Shown here piece by piece: positions 1 to 9,167 of a stretch of 64,000 bases of DNA. The notes under the pieces were generated by a model, which had not been told where the DNA came from, made no database searches, and was given only the letters and a program-made list of their open reading frames with translations. The position numbers and the translations under genes were made by a program. The DNA is from a virus. The DNA lies in the IMG/VR virus record IMGVR_UViG_3300049793_000366, positions 122,865 through 186,864 of that record; one strand, given 5' to 3'. Position 1 is the first letter of the stretch; each line of letters starts with the position of its first letter.

Positions 1-353
1 TTAAAGAATAGGTTATAGCTGTATGTCCATGTACCAGTAGTTTCGAAGTCAAGTGAATCACCACCCATAAACTTTAAATCTGGTATTTTGGAAAAAGTAT
101 ATGATAACATTACACCAATTCGCGTAAGTTTATGTTCCCACTTATCTAATATTTTGATAATAGAATCATGTGATTCTACTGAAAGATGTCTTATTTGTAA
201 TTCGTGAAAACGCTGTCTGTCTTTATCGTACTTAACATTATCTCTCTTTATTGATGATTCAACGCCTTGAATATCTTTAAGAATAGATTTCATATATGAC
301 TTAACTAATAACTCATTACTGACTGTCTCGTTAAATGATAGTAGGTGCTTCAT
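1..353 (-). CDS. hypothetical protein, partial (N-terminal ~117 codons; C-terminus lies beyond the window start)
   Basis: ATG on minus strand at ~353 overlapping the TGA of the upstream gene (ATGA overlap). Open frame with protein-like composition runs to position 1. Absent from the ORF track because no stop lies in the window. Confidence 0.45.
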   Translation of the reverse strand, partial: MKHLLSFNETVSNELLVKSYMKSILKDIQGVESSIKRDNVKYDKDRQRFHELQIRHLSVESHDSIIKILDKWEHKLTRIGVMLSYTFSKIPDLKFMGGDSLDFETTGTWTYSYNLFF

Positions 354-808
354 ATTAATTTAGCATTTTTATATCTTACCTTAATGTATTTAAATTCTGG
401 ATGTATAATCTGTGTACTCATTCTTACTGATGAAACACAATCTAAATCTTCTATTTTTCTAACTGCTTTATTTACTGACTTTTCTAGTTCTTCTATATTA
501 GATTCTTTAGTTCCTGATATAATAAATTCATCCTGTATTTTAATTACTGTGGATAGGCTACTCTTATCAATATTATCTTTAACGATGATAGATGTAGTTA
601 ATATATTAGAATGCTCGAATTTTGAGTTATGGTTCATTTCGAATGTTCTTTCTCTATCTACGGTTATACCATCGTCAACCATACCAAAGAATATTTCAAT
701 ACACTCGTTATCTGACATCACACCTGTGACTCCATTGCTATTAAATGATTCAAATAATTTAATGTGCTTCATCAGGTTATACTTTCTTTTCAAAGATGTA
801 TAAGTCAT
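350..808 (-). CDS. hypothetical protein
   Basis: 152 aa ORF with diverse composition. The fully overlapping + strand ORF 345..803 is low-complexity and GTG-started. An alternative start at the internal Met (~772) would abut the stop of the next gene. Confidence 0.5.
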   Translation of the reverse strand: MTYTSLKRKYNLMKHIKLFESFNSNGVTGVMSDNECIEIFFGMVDDGITVDRERTFEMNHNSKFEHSNILTTSIIVKDNIDKSSLSTVIKIQDEFIISGTKESNIEELEKSVNKAVRKIEDLDCVSSVRMSTQIIHPEFKYIKVRYKNAKLI

Positions 809-1745
809 AAATGTTATTACCCTTTATGCGCTTAATCTTCTTTAGTACATCACCAGTTACAGAATCAAGTACTTTATATACACCCAATGTTGTACCGTTG
901 CTTGTCAATACTTTTACAGTATTACCAGTTTGACCTAATGCTCCTAATATTGCGATGAATTTATTACCATAAATACTCTTTAAGAAAGATAATCTCATGT
1001 TAGCAACATCTTTAACTTGTGCTACATAAGCATTTTCAAATGGTTCATTTAAGTCTAATAAAGTATCAGTCTTAGTAACTTTAATAGTTGCGAACTTAGA
1101 ACCTTTCTCAGACATAGTAACATCTTCCTTATTTTGGATTGTTTGTGTCTTAACAAGATTCTGTTGATTTCTTCTAATTTCATTAAAGTCAGCACGAGCG
1201 ATGATACCACCTCTCATACCCTTATCATTCATATTATATCCTTCTGGTGGTAAACGGTAGAAAGATCCGGTAAATGTCATTGATAATATACGGTCTGCTC
1301 TGAATAAACGCCAGATTTTCTTAATATGTGAGTTCTGTGATACAGACCAACCATTTAAGTGATAACCTCTAAGTAAAAGTTTACCCTTTGATGATTTACC
1401 ATATACCATAGGATAGATAACCCTCTCGTGACCAGCAAAGTGCTTATCTTTTTCACCCTTATAGTTAATAAGGAAAATCATACCGTATTTAATAGCTCTG
1501 ATTAATATATCAGGATTGAATTTAATTGGTTCGTTTACTGGAATATCTTTAAAGATGGCTACATCATTTAATGAGAATCGAGGTACGAAAGATGTATCTT
1601 CAATTAAATCATTATAGTTTTCCCTTAATACAAACTCAAGTGGCTTTTTAACAGAATTATACACTGGTGGTTGCCAAGTATCTTCAAGCTTATTAAGAGC
1701 TTCGTTTGTTTTCTTTATAAAGGATTCTTTGTTATTATCAACCAT
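777..1745 (-). CDS. hypothetical protein
   Basis: 322 aa ORF with no antisense competitor and a TAA stop. Confidence 0.55.
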   Translation of the reverse strand: MVDNNKESFIKKTNEALNKLEDTWQPPVYNSVKKPLEFVLRENYNDLIEDTSFVPRFSLNDVAIFKDIPVNEPIKFNPDILIRAIKYGMIFLINYKGEKDKHFAGHERVIYPMVYGKSSKGKLLLRGYHLNGWSVSQNSHIKKIWRLFRADRILSMTFTGSFYRLPPEGYNMNDKGMRGGIIARADFNEIRRNQQNLVKTQTIQNKEDVTMSEKGSKFATIKVTKTDTLLDLNEPFENAYVAQVKDVANMRLSFLKSIYGNKFIAILGALGQTGNTVKVLTSNGTTLGVYKVLDSVTGDVLKKIKRIKGNNIYDLYIFEKKV

Positions 1746-1777
1746 GTGTTATATATTAATTTCACCATGACCAAAAA

Positions 1778-1809
1778 CAAAAAAAGAGACCCATAAGGTC
1801 TCTTTTCTG
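1778..1809 (-). terminator. rho-independent terminator (bidirectional, stronger for minus strand)
   Basis: GAGACC-CATAA-GGTCTC hairpin flanked by an A-run upstream and TTTTCTG downstream. Sits immediately downstream of the minus-strand lipoprotein ORF. Confidence 0.55.
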
Positions 1810-1828
1810 TAAGTATCGCGATTAACGA

Positions 1829-2002
1829 TTACTTTGTAGTGTCAACTGCTGTTGTAGTTGAACAAGCTGCTGTTGTGTCAACGGCAACTACTGCTGAATC
1901 AACTGCTGTTGAATCAGTCTTTGGAGCTTCAGCTTCCGTAGTGCTACCACCACAAGATGCAAGAACTACTACAAAGCCAAGTGCTAAGAATAAATTTTTC
2001 AT
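1829..2002 (-). CDS. small lipoprotein (57 aa)
   Basis: Minus-strand ORF MKNLFLALGFVVVLASCGG... has a signal peptide plus lipobox (LASC). The antisense + ORF 1839..2069 is GTG-started and T/V/A low-complexity. Confidence 0.45.
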   Translation of the reverse strand: MKNLFLALGFVVVLASCGGSTTEAEAPKTDSTAVDSAVVAVDTTAACSTTTAVDTTK

Positions 2003-2075
2003 AATTTGTTTTGTTTTATTGTTTTTTAATTATTGTTTGAGTAGTATATATAAAGATGAACATCTTTAGTTTAGT

Positions 2076-2837
2076 GTGTTTTTGAAAAAAATTAAAATAA
2101 TATATACATTTATGAAGCAGAAGATTGAAAACCGAAAACAGCTAAATGACTTTTTCAAAAAAGTAAACGAAGAAGTTGATAAGTATCTTATTGAACATCA
2201 AATCAAACCAAGTAGACTTGCTAAGTATATTATCAGTAATGGTGGGATAGATAAGTTTGTTGAAGAGATTGGACTATCTGAAATTGATGGTATAAATAAA
2301 GTTGTTGACCAGGTTCTTAAATCAAGAGTTCATATGGAAAGGGATGGTATTATGAAGTTTGAGTCATTCAGACTAAATGAAGATGCTGTTGTAACTGGAC
2401 CCAGCCTATTGACAGTAGATGTATTATTTGATACAATCGGTAAGGCTACTATTGAACACGAGAAGATATTAGGGGATTACTTTGATACATCACTTGGTCA
2501 CATAGAAGAATTTAATGCTTTAAAACATCTTTATATCGTTGATTCAACAGAAGGTAAGTATTATGCTTATGCCTTCACTGATAGTGATATGGACACAATG
2601 TTCAATAACATTAAAGAGTTCGTATATAACAACATACCACTTGAGGTAGAAGTTAAACTAACCGCTAATAAGTCAATTAGTATTCCGGTAACAGAAGCGA
2701 ACGTAGAAGCTAAAGTAAATTCTTTGGATGTTACTTCAATATTGGAAGAATTATTTAGTGATTACACGATAGAGAAATTCGATACATCAAGTGATAATCA
2801 CAACGAAGCTATCGTAATCTATAAGAAGAGTAACTAA
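2076..2837 (+). CDS. hypothetical protein
   Basis: 253 aa ORF with TAA stop. Confidence 0.55.
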   Translation: MFLKKIKIIYTFMKQKIENRKQLNDFFKKVNEEVDKYLIEHQIKPSRLAKYIISNGGIDKFVEEIGLSEIDGINKVVDQVLKSRVHMERDGIMKFESFRLNEDAVVTGPSLLTVDVLFDTIGKATIEHEKILGDYFDTSLGHIEEFNALKHLYIVDSTEGKYYAYAFTDSDMDTMFNNIKEFVYNNIPLEVEVKLTANKSISIPVTEANVEAKVNSLDVTSILEELFSDYTIEKFDTSSDNHNEAIVIYKKSN

Positions 2838-3649
2838 TTTTTAGTCACAAACTTAACGTAATTCTTAGTCTCTTTAATGTTTGGAACATTTTCATTTGCT
2901 TCCAATACATTAACTATACCAGCATTATATTCAGATAGTGCTAATTCCCACGCTTTGTCTTCATCGTATTTCTTATTCCACTTATCATACAGAACGTGTA
3001 ATAGATACACGCCTACTTTTATATTATTTTCAGGTGTATGTCCACCAGTCAAATTTAGCTTTTTATAATTTGACGAGAATGTACCAGGCATTATTTGCAT
3101 ATAACCCTTGGCACCAGCAGAGCTTATAGCTTTTGATTTGAACCTATTCTCTTTCCATGCTACGCGAAATAGTATCTTATATGGTACTTCATACTTATCT
3201 GCTTCTTCGAGCATGAGTTCTAAGTGTTCAGTTGGAAACCACTCTGGTATCAATATATTTGACTCATTATAGACTTTATACTTCATATACTCTCGCGTAG
3301 AGAAGAAAGCTGATAAATCCTCAATCGTATTTGTTTTGTTGTAGATGTCAGAGTTTAATGCGTGTATATGGTCATATGAACCAGTTAGCTTAAACTTTAG
3401 ATACTCAATAACTGAGAACGATTGCTTCTGACCGGCTCTATATGATAACCCGATAGATAGCGTGAAAATCAGAAAGCACGTAAGTACAAATCTGTTCTTG
3501 AAGAATAATTTACTGAACTTAGTCAGAGCAAATGGTTCGTTGGCTAAGAATAAAAGAAGATTAGTGAGTGGTTGTGTTACATACCGCTCCACCAAAGGAT
3601 GTCTTTGTCTCATCACCAGTGTATTTATTACTACGTTTAGTTTTTTCAT
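2834..3649 (-). CDS. lytic transglycosylase (SLT domain), membrane-anchored
   Basis: GYMQIMPGTF motif typical of family-1 lytic transglycosylases. N-terminal hydrophobic segment FVLTCFLIFTLSIGLSY. Ends in TAG. Confidence 0.7.
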   Translation of the reverse strand: MKKLNVVINTLVMRQRHPLVERYVTQPLTNLLLFLANEPFALTKFSKLFFKNRFVLTCFLIFTLSIGLSYRAGQKQSFSVIEYLKFKLTGSYDHIHALNSDIYNKTNTIEDLSAFFSTREYMKYKVYNESNILIPEWFPTEHLELMLEEADKYEVPYKILFRVAWKENRFKSKAISSAGAKGYMQIMPGTFSSNYKKLNLTGGHTPENNIKVGVYLLHVLYDKWNKKYDEDKAWELALSEYNAGIVNVLEANENVPNIKETKNYVKFVTKN

Positions 3650-3711
3650 ATTTAATATTCAAAATCTAATATATACAAATATAATATAAAAAACTATATA
3701 TCCAATAAAAT

Positions 3712-4341
3712 ATGAAAAAATTTTCCACAATTACCGGAGTAAAAGTAGGTCAACTACCTGAAAGTAAGCAAGATAATGATGTCCAAGATAATTCGGACAA
3801 TCTTAGATTTATCATAGATTCTATGATAAATAGCTACTTAAAAATCGAGTTTAATGGACCTTATACAACTGAACACTTCCAACAAACTTCTAAAATAGAA
3901 GGTAGAGAGACATTTATTGATGCTCTTATCGGTCTTCTTAAAGAAAAAGAAGTTCAACAACAGATTAAGGTTTTAGAATCATTAAAATCTGATGTTCGTG
4001 ATTGGAAAGCAATTGATGAGAAGATTGATGGATTGAATTTACTATTAGAAAAGCAAACAGCGGGTGATACTGCTAAACATAAGAAAAGAATTGAAGACCT
4101 TTTGAAAAAAGAGGATCCAATTGAAATGGCTAAAATACAAGCATCAAGAATGACAGACGGTGAAAAAGCTCACTATCGTTATCTTATGGCTAAATCTATG
4201 AAAGATTTATCTTCAATGGAAGGACTTTTAAAGAGACTTAAGAAGGATAAAGTTGAACGTACAAAAACTCAAGTGGTTAAATTACTTGAAGAAATCGCGA
4301 ACATCTTTAAATTCAAAGCTGACCAATTAGGATATAAATAA
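3712..4341 (+). CDS. hypothetical coiled-coil protein
   Basis: 209 aa, K/E-rich heptad-like composition. Confidence 0.5.
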   Translation: MKKFSTITGVKVGQLPESKQDNDVQDNSDNLRFIIDSMINSYLKIEFNGPYTTEHFQQTSKIEGRETFIDALIGLLKEKEVQQQIKVLESLKSDVRDWKAIDEKIDGLNLLLEKQTAGDTAKHKKRIEDLLKKEDPIEMAKIQASRMTDGEKAHYRYLMAKSMKDLSSMEGLLKRLKKDKVERTKTQVVKLLEEIANIFKFKADQLGYK

Positions 4342-4352
4342 TATTTAATACT

Positions 4353-4598
4353 ATGATTAAGAAATTTAGCGACTTCGATAAGATAAATGAATCAGCGCCT
4401 ATTGCTGAGTTAGAATCAGCATTTCAACACACTAGTGCGTATGCTGATGCAAGAGCAAAAGTAAAGGCAATAACAGATGAGTTAGAATTTAAATTTCACG
4501 ACTTCTGTGAGCAAAACGGTCACCCAGGTGCCGAAGGTGACAATGACTGTGAGATGACATTCAATAACATCTTAATGGAACTTGTAAGTAGATACTAA
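4353..4598 (+). CDS. hypothetical protein
   Basis: 81 aa ORF abutting its neighbours. Confidence 0.45.
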   Translation: MIKKFSDFDKINESAPIAELESAFQHTSAYADARAKVKAITDELEFKFHDFCEQNGHPGAEGDNDCEMTFNNILMELVSRY

Positions 4599-4600
4599 TT

Positions 4601-5080
4601 ATGAAGCATCTTAAACGTTTTAATGAAGCCATTGAGAAATTTAAGTATTCAAAAAAGGATATAGAAGACGCATATAAGTTTGTAAATGTTTATGCAAGGT
4701 CTGCTAGATTTGAACCAGAGTTCGATGCTGAAACTTACTATTACGATAAGATAGGAACACCAAATTCATTTACATATTTAGAAAAGAATCAGAAAACATC
4801 GGGTGGTGGTAAGGTTAAATCTGCTAATATAGTGGCTTATGATAAAAAAGGTAAATTGGTTGGGTTATTAAGTATTTCATTAACTGAACCAGTTGGAGCA
4901 TTTAAAATCGTAGTAGCCGAAGATTCTGCCCGAAAAGGATGGGGATTAAAACTATTAGATGAAGCAGAAAAAAGAGGGTTTGATATGGTTAACTATATGA
5001 AAAACAATACGTTCACTCACTCCGGAAGACGCTTATGCGAAAAATGGTTGGAAATAAAATTAGAAAAATTTGAACTTTAG
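4601..5080 (+). CDS. hypothetical protein, possible GNAT-fold acetyltransferase
   Basis: SARKGWGLKLLDEAEKRG resembles GNAT motif A (R/Q-x-x-G-x-G/A). This is a weak call. Stop is TAG followed immediately by TAA. Confidence 0.4.
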   Translation: MKHLKRFNEAIEKFKYSKKDIEDAYKFVNVYARSARFEPEFDAETYYYDKIGTPNSFTYLEKNQKTSGGGKVKSANIVAYDKKGKLVGLLSISLTEPVGAFKIVVAEDSARKGWGLKLLDEAEKRGFDMVNYMKNNTFTHSGRRLCEKWLEIKLEKFEL

Positions 5081-5183
5081 TAAATTTTTTACTATATTTG
5101 TATTATGATTACAACAATGAACACAAACTTACTCCTATTAGCAGACTCATAAACGTGCCTGACTGATAAACTATTATATCTAC

Positions 5184-5216
5184 CCTTGGCACCAAAAATG
5201 TCAAGGGTTTTTTATT
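5184..5216 (+). terminator. rho-independent terminator
   Basis: CCCTTG...CAAGGG hairpin followed by TTTTTT. Confidence 0.55.
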
Positions 5217-5238
5217 TTAAAAATTAATTATACAAACA

Positions 5239-6504
5239 ATGAAAGAAGAAAAATATATCGCAGTAATGTTTCCTTACCCATCTGGTAGCGGATTGCACAT
5301 AGGTCACTTTTATAACTATGCTATAATCGATTCATATTGTCGTTATTGGCGATATAAGGGAGTTAATGTATTTCAGCCATTTGGTTATGATTCATTTGGC
5401 TTGCCTGCTGAGAATTACGCGAAGAAAGTAGGTCGAGATCCTAAAGATGTTACATATGAAAACATCGAGAGGTTCAGAGCGCAAATGGATAAGATGGACA
5501 CTCAATATGAAGAGAAGTTGATAACATCTGACCCTTCTTACCAGAAATGGACTCAGTGGTTGTTCACTAAATTGAAAGAACACGGTTTGGTTTATAAAGC
5601 TAAAGGGGATGTGAATTACTGCCCTTCTTGTGAGACAGTATTGGCTCGTGAACAGGTTAAGAATGATAAGTGTGATAGATGTTCATCTGTTGTTGAAACC
5701 AGAAGCTTGGAGCAGTGGTATTTTAAGATAACTGCTTATAAAGACCGTTTGATTAAAAACTTGGATAAGATTGATTATCCACAAAGTACGATTAATGCTC
5801 AAAGAGCTTGGTTGGAGAATTTGCACGATTGGTGTGTTTCAAGACAACGTAGTTGGGGTTGCCCTATTCCAATAGAGGGTGAAACTGATACATTGGACAC
5901 ATTTGTAGATTCATCATTCTATTATATCAGATATTGCGACCCATATAATGACAACGAAATTTGTGCTAAAGATAAGTACAAACAAGTTGATGTTTATGTA
6001 GGTGGTAATGAACACGCTTGTATGCATTTGATTTACGCGAGGTTCATCAATATGTTCTTGTATGATATTGGTGTTGTCTCAGAAGAAGAACCATTTAAAA
6101 GAGTAATACATCAAGGTATGATTTTGAACAATGGTGCTAAAATGGCTAAATCGACTGGTAATGTTATTAATCCAGATGATTATAACTCTGATGAATTGAA
6201 ATTTTATTTGATGTTCATTGGTCACTATTTCGATGGTGGTTCTTGGTCTGACCAAAACATATCTGGTATTAAACGCTTTGTCAATAGATTTAAAGAATGG
6301 ATGTCGAGAGAGGGTGATGAAACGATTGACTTGGTTAAGTTTAAAGAAACTGTATTTGGTTATACAGAAGCTTTTAAATTCAATAAGGTTGTTAGTGAAT
6401 TCATGGTGTTGGTAAATCAGAACAGAACTAAAAATATCACAAAGGAATGTAAGAAGGAGATTGTTGATATTATTAAGATTTATATGCCATCAATAGAGGT
6501 ATAA
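5239..6504 (+). CDS. leuS: leucyl-tRNA synthetase-like protein, minimised (catalytic core only; no CP1 editing domain, truncated C-terminus)
   Basis: HIGH motif (FPYPSGSGLHIGHFYNY) and KMSKS variant (AKMAKSTGN). N-terminal ~220 aa are colinear with E. coli LeuRS (QPFGYDSFGLPAE, KITAYKDRL). The sequence then passes directly to CVSRQRSWGCPIPI where CP1 normally inserts. Only 421 aa. Confidence 0.8.
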   Translation: MKEEKYIAVMFPYPSGSGLHIGHFYNYAIIDSYCRYWRYKGVNVFQPFGYDSFGLPAENYAKKVGRDPKDVTYENIERFRAQMDKMDTQYEEKLITSDPSYQKWTQWLFTKLKEHGLVYKAKGDVNYCPSCETVLAREQVKNDKCDRCSSVVETRSLEQWYFKITAYKDRLIKNLDKIDYPQSTINAQRAWLENLHDWCVSRQRSWGCPIPIEGETDTLDTFVDSSFYYIRYCDPYNDNEICAKDKYKQVDVYVGGNEHACMHLIYARFINMFLYDIGVVSEEEPFKRVIHQGMILNNGAKMAKSTGNVINPDDYNSDELKFYLMFIGHYFDGGSWSDQNISGIKRFVNRFKEWMSREGDETIDLVKFKETVFGYTEAFKFNKVVSEFMVLVNQNRTKNITKECKKEIVDIIKIYMPSIEV

Positions 6505-6535
6505 GAAAAAACCCACTCAATTGAGTGGGTTTTTA
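6505..6535. terminator. bidirectional rho-independent terminator
   Basis: A-run, then CCCACTCAA-TTGAGTGGG hairpin, then TTTTT, between convergent genes. Confidence 0.6.
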
Positions 6536-6536
6536 A

Positions 6537-6722
6537 TTAAGCTTCAGTTTTCTTAGCCTGTACATCATTTCTAACTTCTTTAAGAAGTTTGATTATGTCT
6601 TGAGCTTGTTTCCTTACTCGTGTTCCAGCGGCTTTATTACCTTTAATAAAAGTCTTTTCATAGTCTTCTTTTAATGAAGATACAAGTTCAACAAGCTTGT
6701 CGTACTTATCTAAGTTATCCAT
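6537..6722 (-). CDS. histone H1-like small basic DNA-binding protein (Bacteroidetes type)
   Basis: 61 aa. KGNKAAGTRVRKQAQDIIKLLKEVR matches the conserved core of Bacteroidetes histone H1-like proteins. Confidence 0.45.
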   Translation of the reverse strand: MDNLDKYDKLVELVSSLKEDYEKTFIKGNKAAGTRVRKQAQDIIKLLKEVRNDVQAKKTEA

Positions 6723-6777
6723 ACTAAATGTTTATTTTTTGTACAGTATATATTAAAACTACTGCCCTCTAAACACT

Positions 6778-7617
6778 TTAATAGTAATTAACAACTAAAA
6801 TTTCTTGCGAATCACCAACGTTTTTGCGTCTTGCTACTTTTTCGTAGTCATAACTAAGGTTCATTACAGTGTATTTCGATAATCTTTCCATAAAAGGATT
6901 TGGTACACCTTTGTGTATTGAAACACCACTAAAGGCGAATCTGATACCTCGTGCGTCTAAATCATCAATTGTGTCGTATAGTTGATTCTCTAATTCCTTT
7001 GACCAGAAAGCATTATAACCAGCTTCCGTTCCAATATAAGGTGGGTCAAAATAAACAAAGTCATTCTTTTTTGGCGGGTTTATAGCCAAGAGGTCAACAA
7101 ATGATAAATTGGTGAATTCAATATTTTTAGTGCTAAGTGCGTGACAGTATTTACGAATTTTTTGTATAGTGCTTTCATTGATGGCTCTTTTCCCCCATGT
7201 CTGGTTGAATTCAAATTTTTTATTAAATCGCATAAGATTATTTGTACAAGAAGAAACCAACGAGAAAAATTGATACGGATCTTTAGTCTGATTGAATTCT
7301 GCCCTTAATTTAACGAATTCTTCTTGTGAGTCTTTATCGATTTTAGATTCTAATATTTTCAATATTTCATCTTCAACAGTTTTTGTTTGTCCTGCCCTTT
7401 GTAGATTAATATAGAATTCTATTAGTGGTGTGATGATATCATTTGCTATAACCTTGTCGTAGCAACAATTTATACTAACGGCTAAACCACCAGCAAATAA
7501 ATCATAGAATTTATCAACCCCATTTGGATGAGGAAAGATAGTTAATAACTGGTTCATAAGTCTATCTTTAGAACCAGTATAATTTGTAGGTGGCTTAAGA
7601 AATCCTTGACTTATCAT
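6778..7617 (-). CDS. dam: DNA adenine methyltransferase (Dam-like N6-MTase)
   Basis: SAM motif YDLFAGGLAVS (FxGxG) and catalytic DPPY (FVYFDPPYIG). Confidence 0.8.
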   Translation of the reverse strand: MISQGFLKPPTNYTGSKDRLMNQLLTIFPHPNGVDKFYDLFAGGLAVSINCCYDKVIANDIITPLIEFYINLQRAGQTKTVEDEILKILESKIDKDSQEEFVKLRAEFNQTKDPYQFFSLVSSCTNNLMRFNKKFEFNQTWGKRAINESTIQKIRKYCHALSTKNIEFTNLSFVDLLAINPPKKNDFVYFDPPYIGTEAGYNAFWSKELENQLYDTIDDLDARGIRFAFSGVSIHKGVPNPFMERLSKYTVMNLSYDYEKVARRKNVGDSQEILVVNYY

Positions 7618-8035
7618 CTTTTCTCTTTTTAGTCATTAATTCATCAAGGTCTTTCACGATTAACATACGTTTCTCATGTTCACAACCTCTTAATTTTCTT
7701 TCCATCTCAGTGTCAAATGCTTCACATAGCTCAGAGCCGGTATTACTTGATACATCAACATCATAGATATTGTGTTTATTACTTTCATCGATAACGGTCA
7801 TTATATAACCATTGGATGAACTGTAAAGCATTATTAATAGCTCACCGTTGCGTATGTGCCTTTTGCTGGTTTTAATAGAGCAGATAAGCTCTGATTCTGA
7901 ATCTTTTACGTATAATTTGAAAAGTTCATATGCTTTCTTCTGAAGCATATTCATACCATCTTTCTTTGGTAGGTTCCAGGAAAAGAATCTTCTGGAACTA
8001 ACCATGAATTTTGATAACTTGTAATTTAAGCTCAT
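7595..8035 (-). CDS. hypothetical protein
   Basis: 146 aa ORF with TAA stop. Confidence 0.5.
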   Translation of the reverse strand: MSLNYKLSKFMVSSRRFFSWNLPKKDGMNMLQKKAYELFKLYVKDSESELICSIKTSKRHIRNGELLIMLYSSSNGYIMTVIDESNKHNIYDVDVSSNTGSELCEAFDTEMERKLRGCEHEKRMLIVKDLDELMTKKRKDDKSRIS

Positions 8036-8036
8036 T

Positions 8037-9167
8037 TTAGTATATGTTAAAGTATGACTTAATGGTTTCTATTGCACTATCTTTGTCCTTCGCGAAGTAT
8101 CTTGAAGAACCGGACACTCTTAATATCTTCAAAGAGGTCAAAAGTTTAGTAAATTCTTGAACATCTCTGTTTAAAAGTATAAATCCGTTGGTTCTACACA
8201 TATCAGAAATAGCCTTATTGGATGGTACTCTGTCATTTACCTTAGTTTCGTTCAAGTAAAGAATTTCTAAAATAGCTGAGAATTGACTCCATTTTTGATA
8301 ATTAGGGTCTCTGTCTAATTTCTGCTTCATATCTGAATATGAACGCCATTTATAATATTTGTTAAAATATACACCAACTAAGATAATAATCTCAATCAAA
8401 GTAGATATTATGATGAACATGAATGAATTGTTGCTATTCTCGGACTTTTTATTATCCGCATCTTTGATAAGATTTGCTTCGTGTGTTGTAATCTTATCAG
8501 CTAATTCTTTCTTAACATCATTTTCTTTACCTTCACTTTTTGTTACCTCAGTGCGTAAATCATCCTTTTCCTTCTTAAGGTCACGTATTCTTTGTCGCTG
8601 TTGATAAGTTAATGGGCTTGATGCTTCTAAATCTGTTTGTTCTTTATCTTTTACTTCAATCTTAGATTTATATCCTTTAATTTCTTTTTCGATATCATCA
8701 ATCTTAACATTATATACAGTAGTTAATGAATCTTTAAATTGTGTGATGTTGCTTTTTGCTTGCTCTTCAATAAGAGCAGATTTTGATGAGAATTCTTTTG
8801 CTCCGTTTAGTGAGCAGTAAAAAGAGAATGATATTACCAGTAAACTAAATAATACAAGGTTTAGCACTTCTTTTTTCAGAAGATTTTTAAATCTTAAATA
8901 CTCCATTGAAAACTTATCGAATATATCACGTTTTAGTAGTTCTAAGCCACCAAGTAATATTACTGATATAATCATCACTATTGTTTGGTTCGACTCGGAA
9001 ACAGCGTTTGTGATGATTTTGGATATGAAAAAGAAAGCAAGAAATATAGAAGCAACATTTCCAAATATTGATAGAAATAATAAGACGCGATTAATCATCT
9101 TATATGACTTGTTAAAGTCTTGCTTCTTTATCTGAGTTTCTAAATCCTTAAATTCGTTAATGTTCAT
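8037..9167 (-). CDS. hypothetical membrane protein with coiled-coil region
   Basis: Several hydrophobic helices (FLAFFFISKIITNAV, MIISVILLGG) and a K/E-rich central segment. Confidence 0.5.
   Translation of the reverse strand: MNINEFKDLETQIKKQDFNKSYKMINRVLLFLSIFGNVASIFLAFFFISKIITNAVSESNQTIVMIISVILLGGLELLKRDIFDKFSMEYLRFKNLLKKEVLNLVLFSLLVISFSFYCSLNGAKEFSSKSALIEEQAKSNITQFKDSLTTVYNVKIDDIEKEIKGYKSKIEVKDKEQTDLEASSPLTYQQRQRIRDLKKEKDDLRTEVTKSEGKENDVKKELADKITTHEANLIKDADNKKSENSNNSFMFIIISTLIEIIILVGVYFNKYYKWRSYSDMKQKLDRDPNYQKWSQFSAILEILYLNETKVNDRVPSNKAISDMCRTNGFILLNRDVQEFTKLLTSLKILRVSGSSRYFAKDKDSAIETIKSYFNIY

Noticed and set aside
345-803. + strand ORF 345..803 (GTG start) fully overlapping the minus-strand ORF 350..808
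   Set aside because: Low-complexity L/S/I-rich translation and a non-ATG start. The minus-strand product has normal composition and an ATGA overlap with the downstream gene.
1839-2069. + strand ORF 1839..2069 (GTG start, T/A/V-rich)
   Set aside because: Antisense to a much more convincing minus-strand lipoprotein ORF (signal peptide plus lipobox). Composition typical of an antisense artefact.
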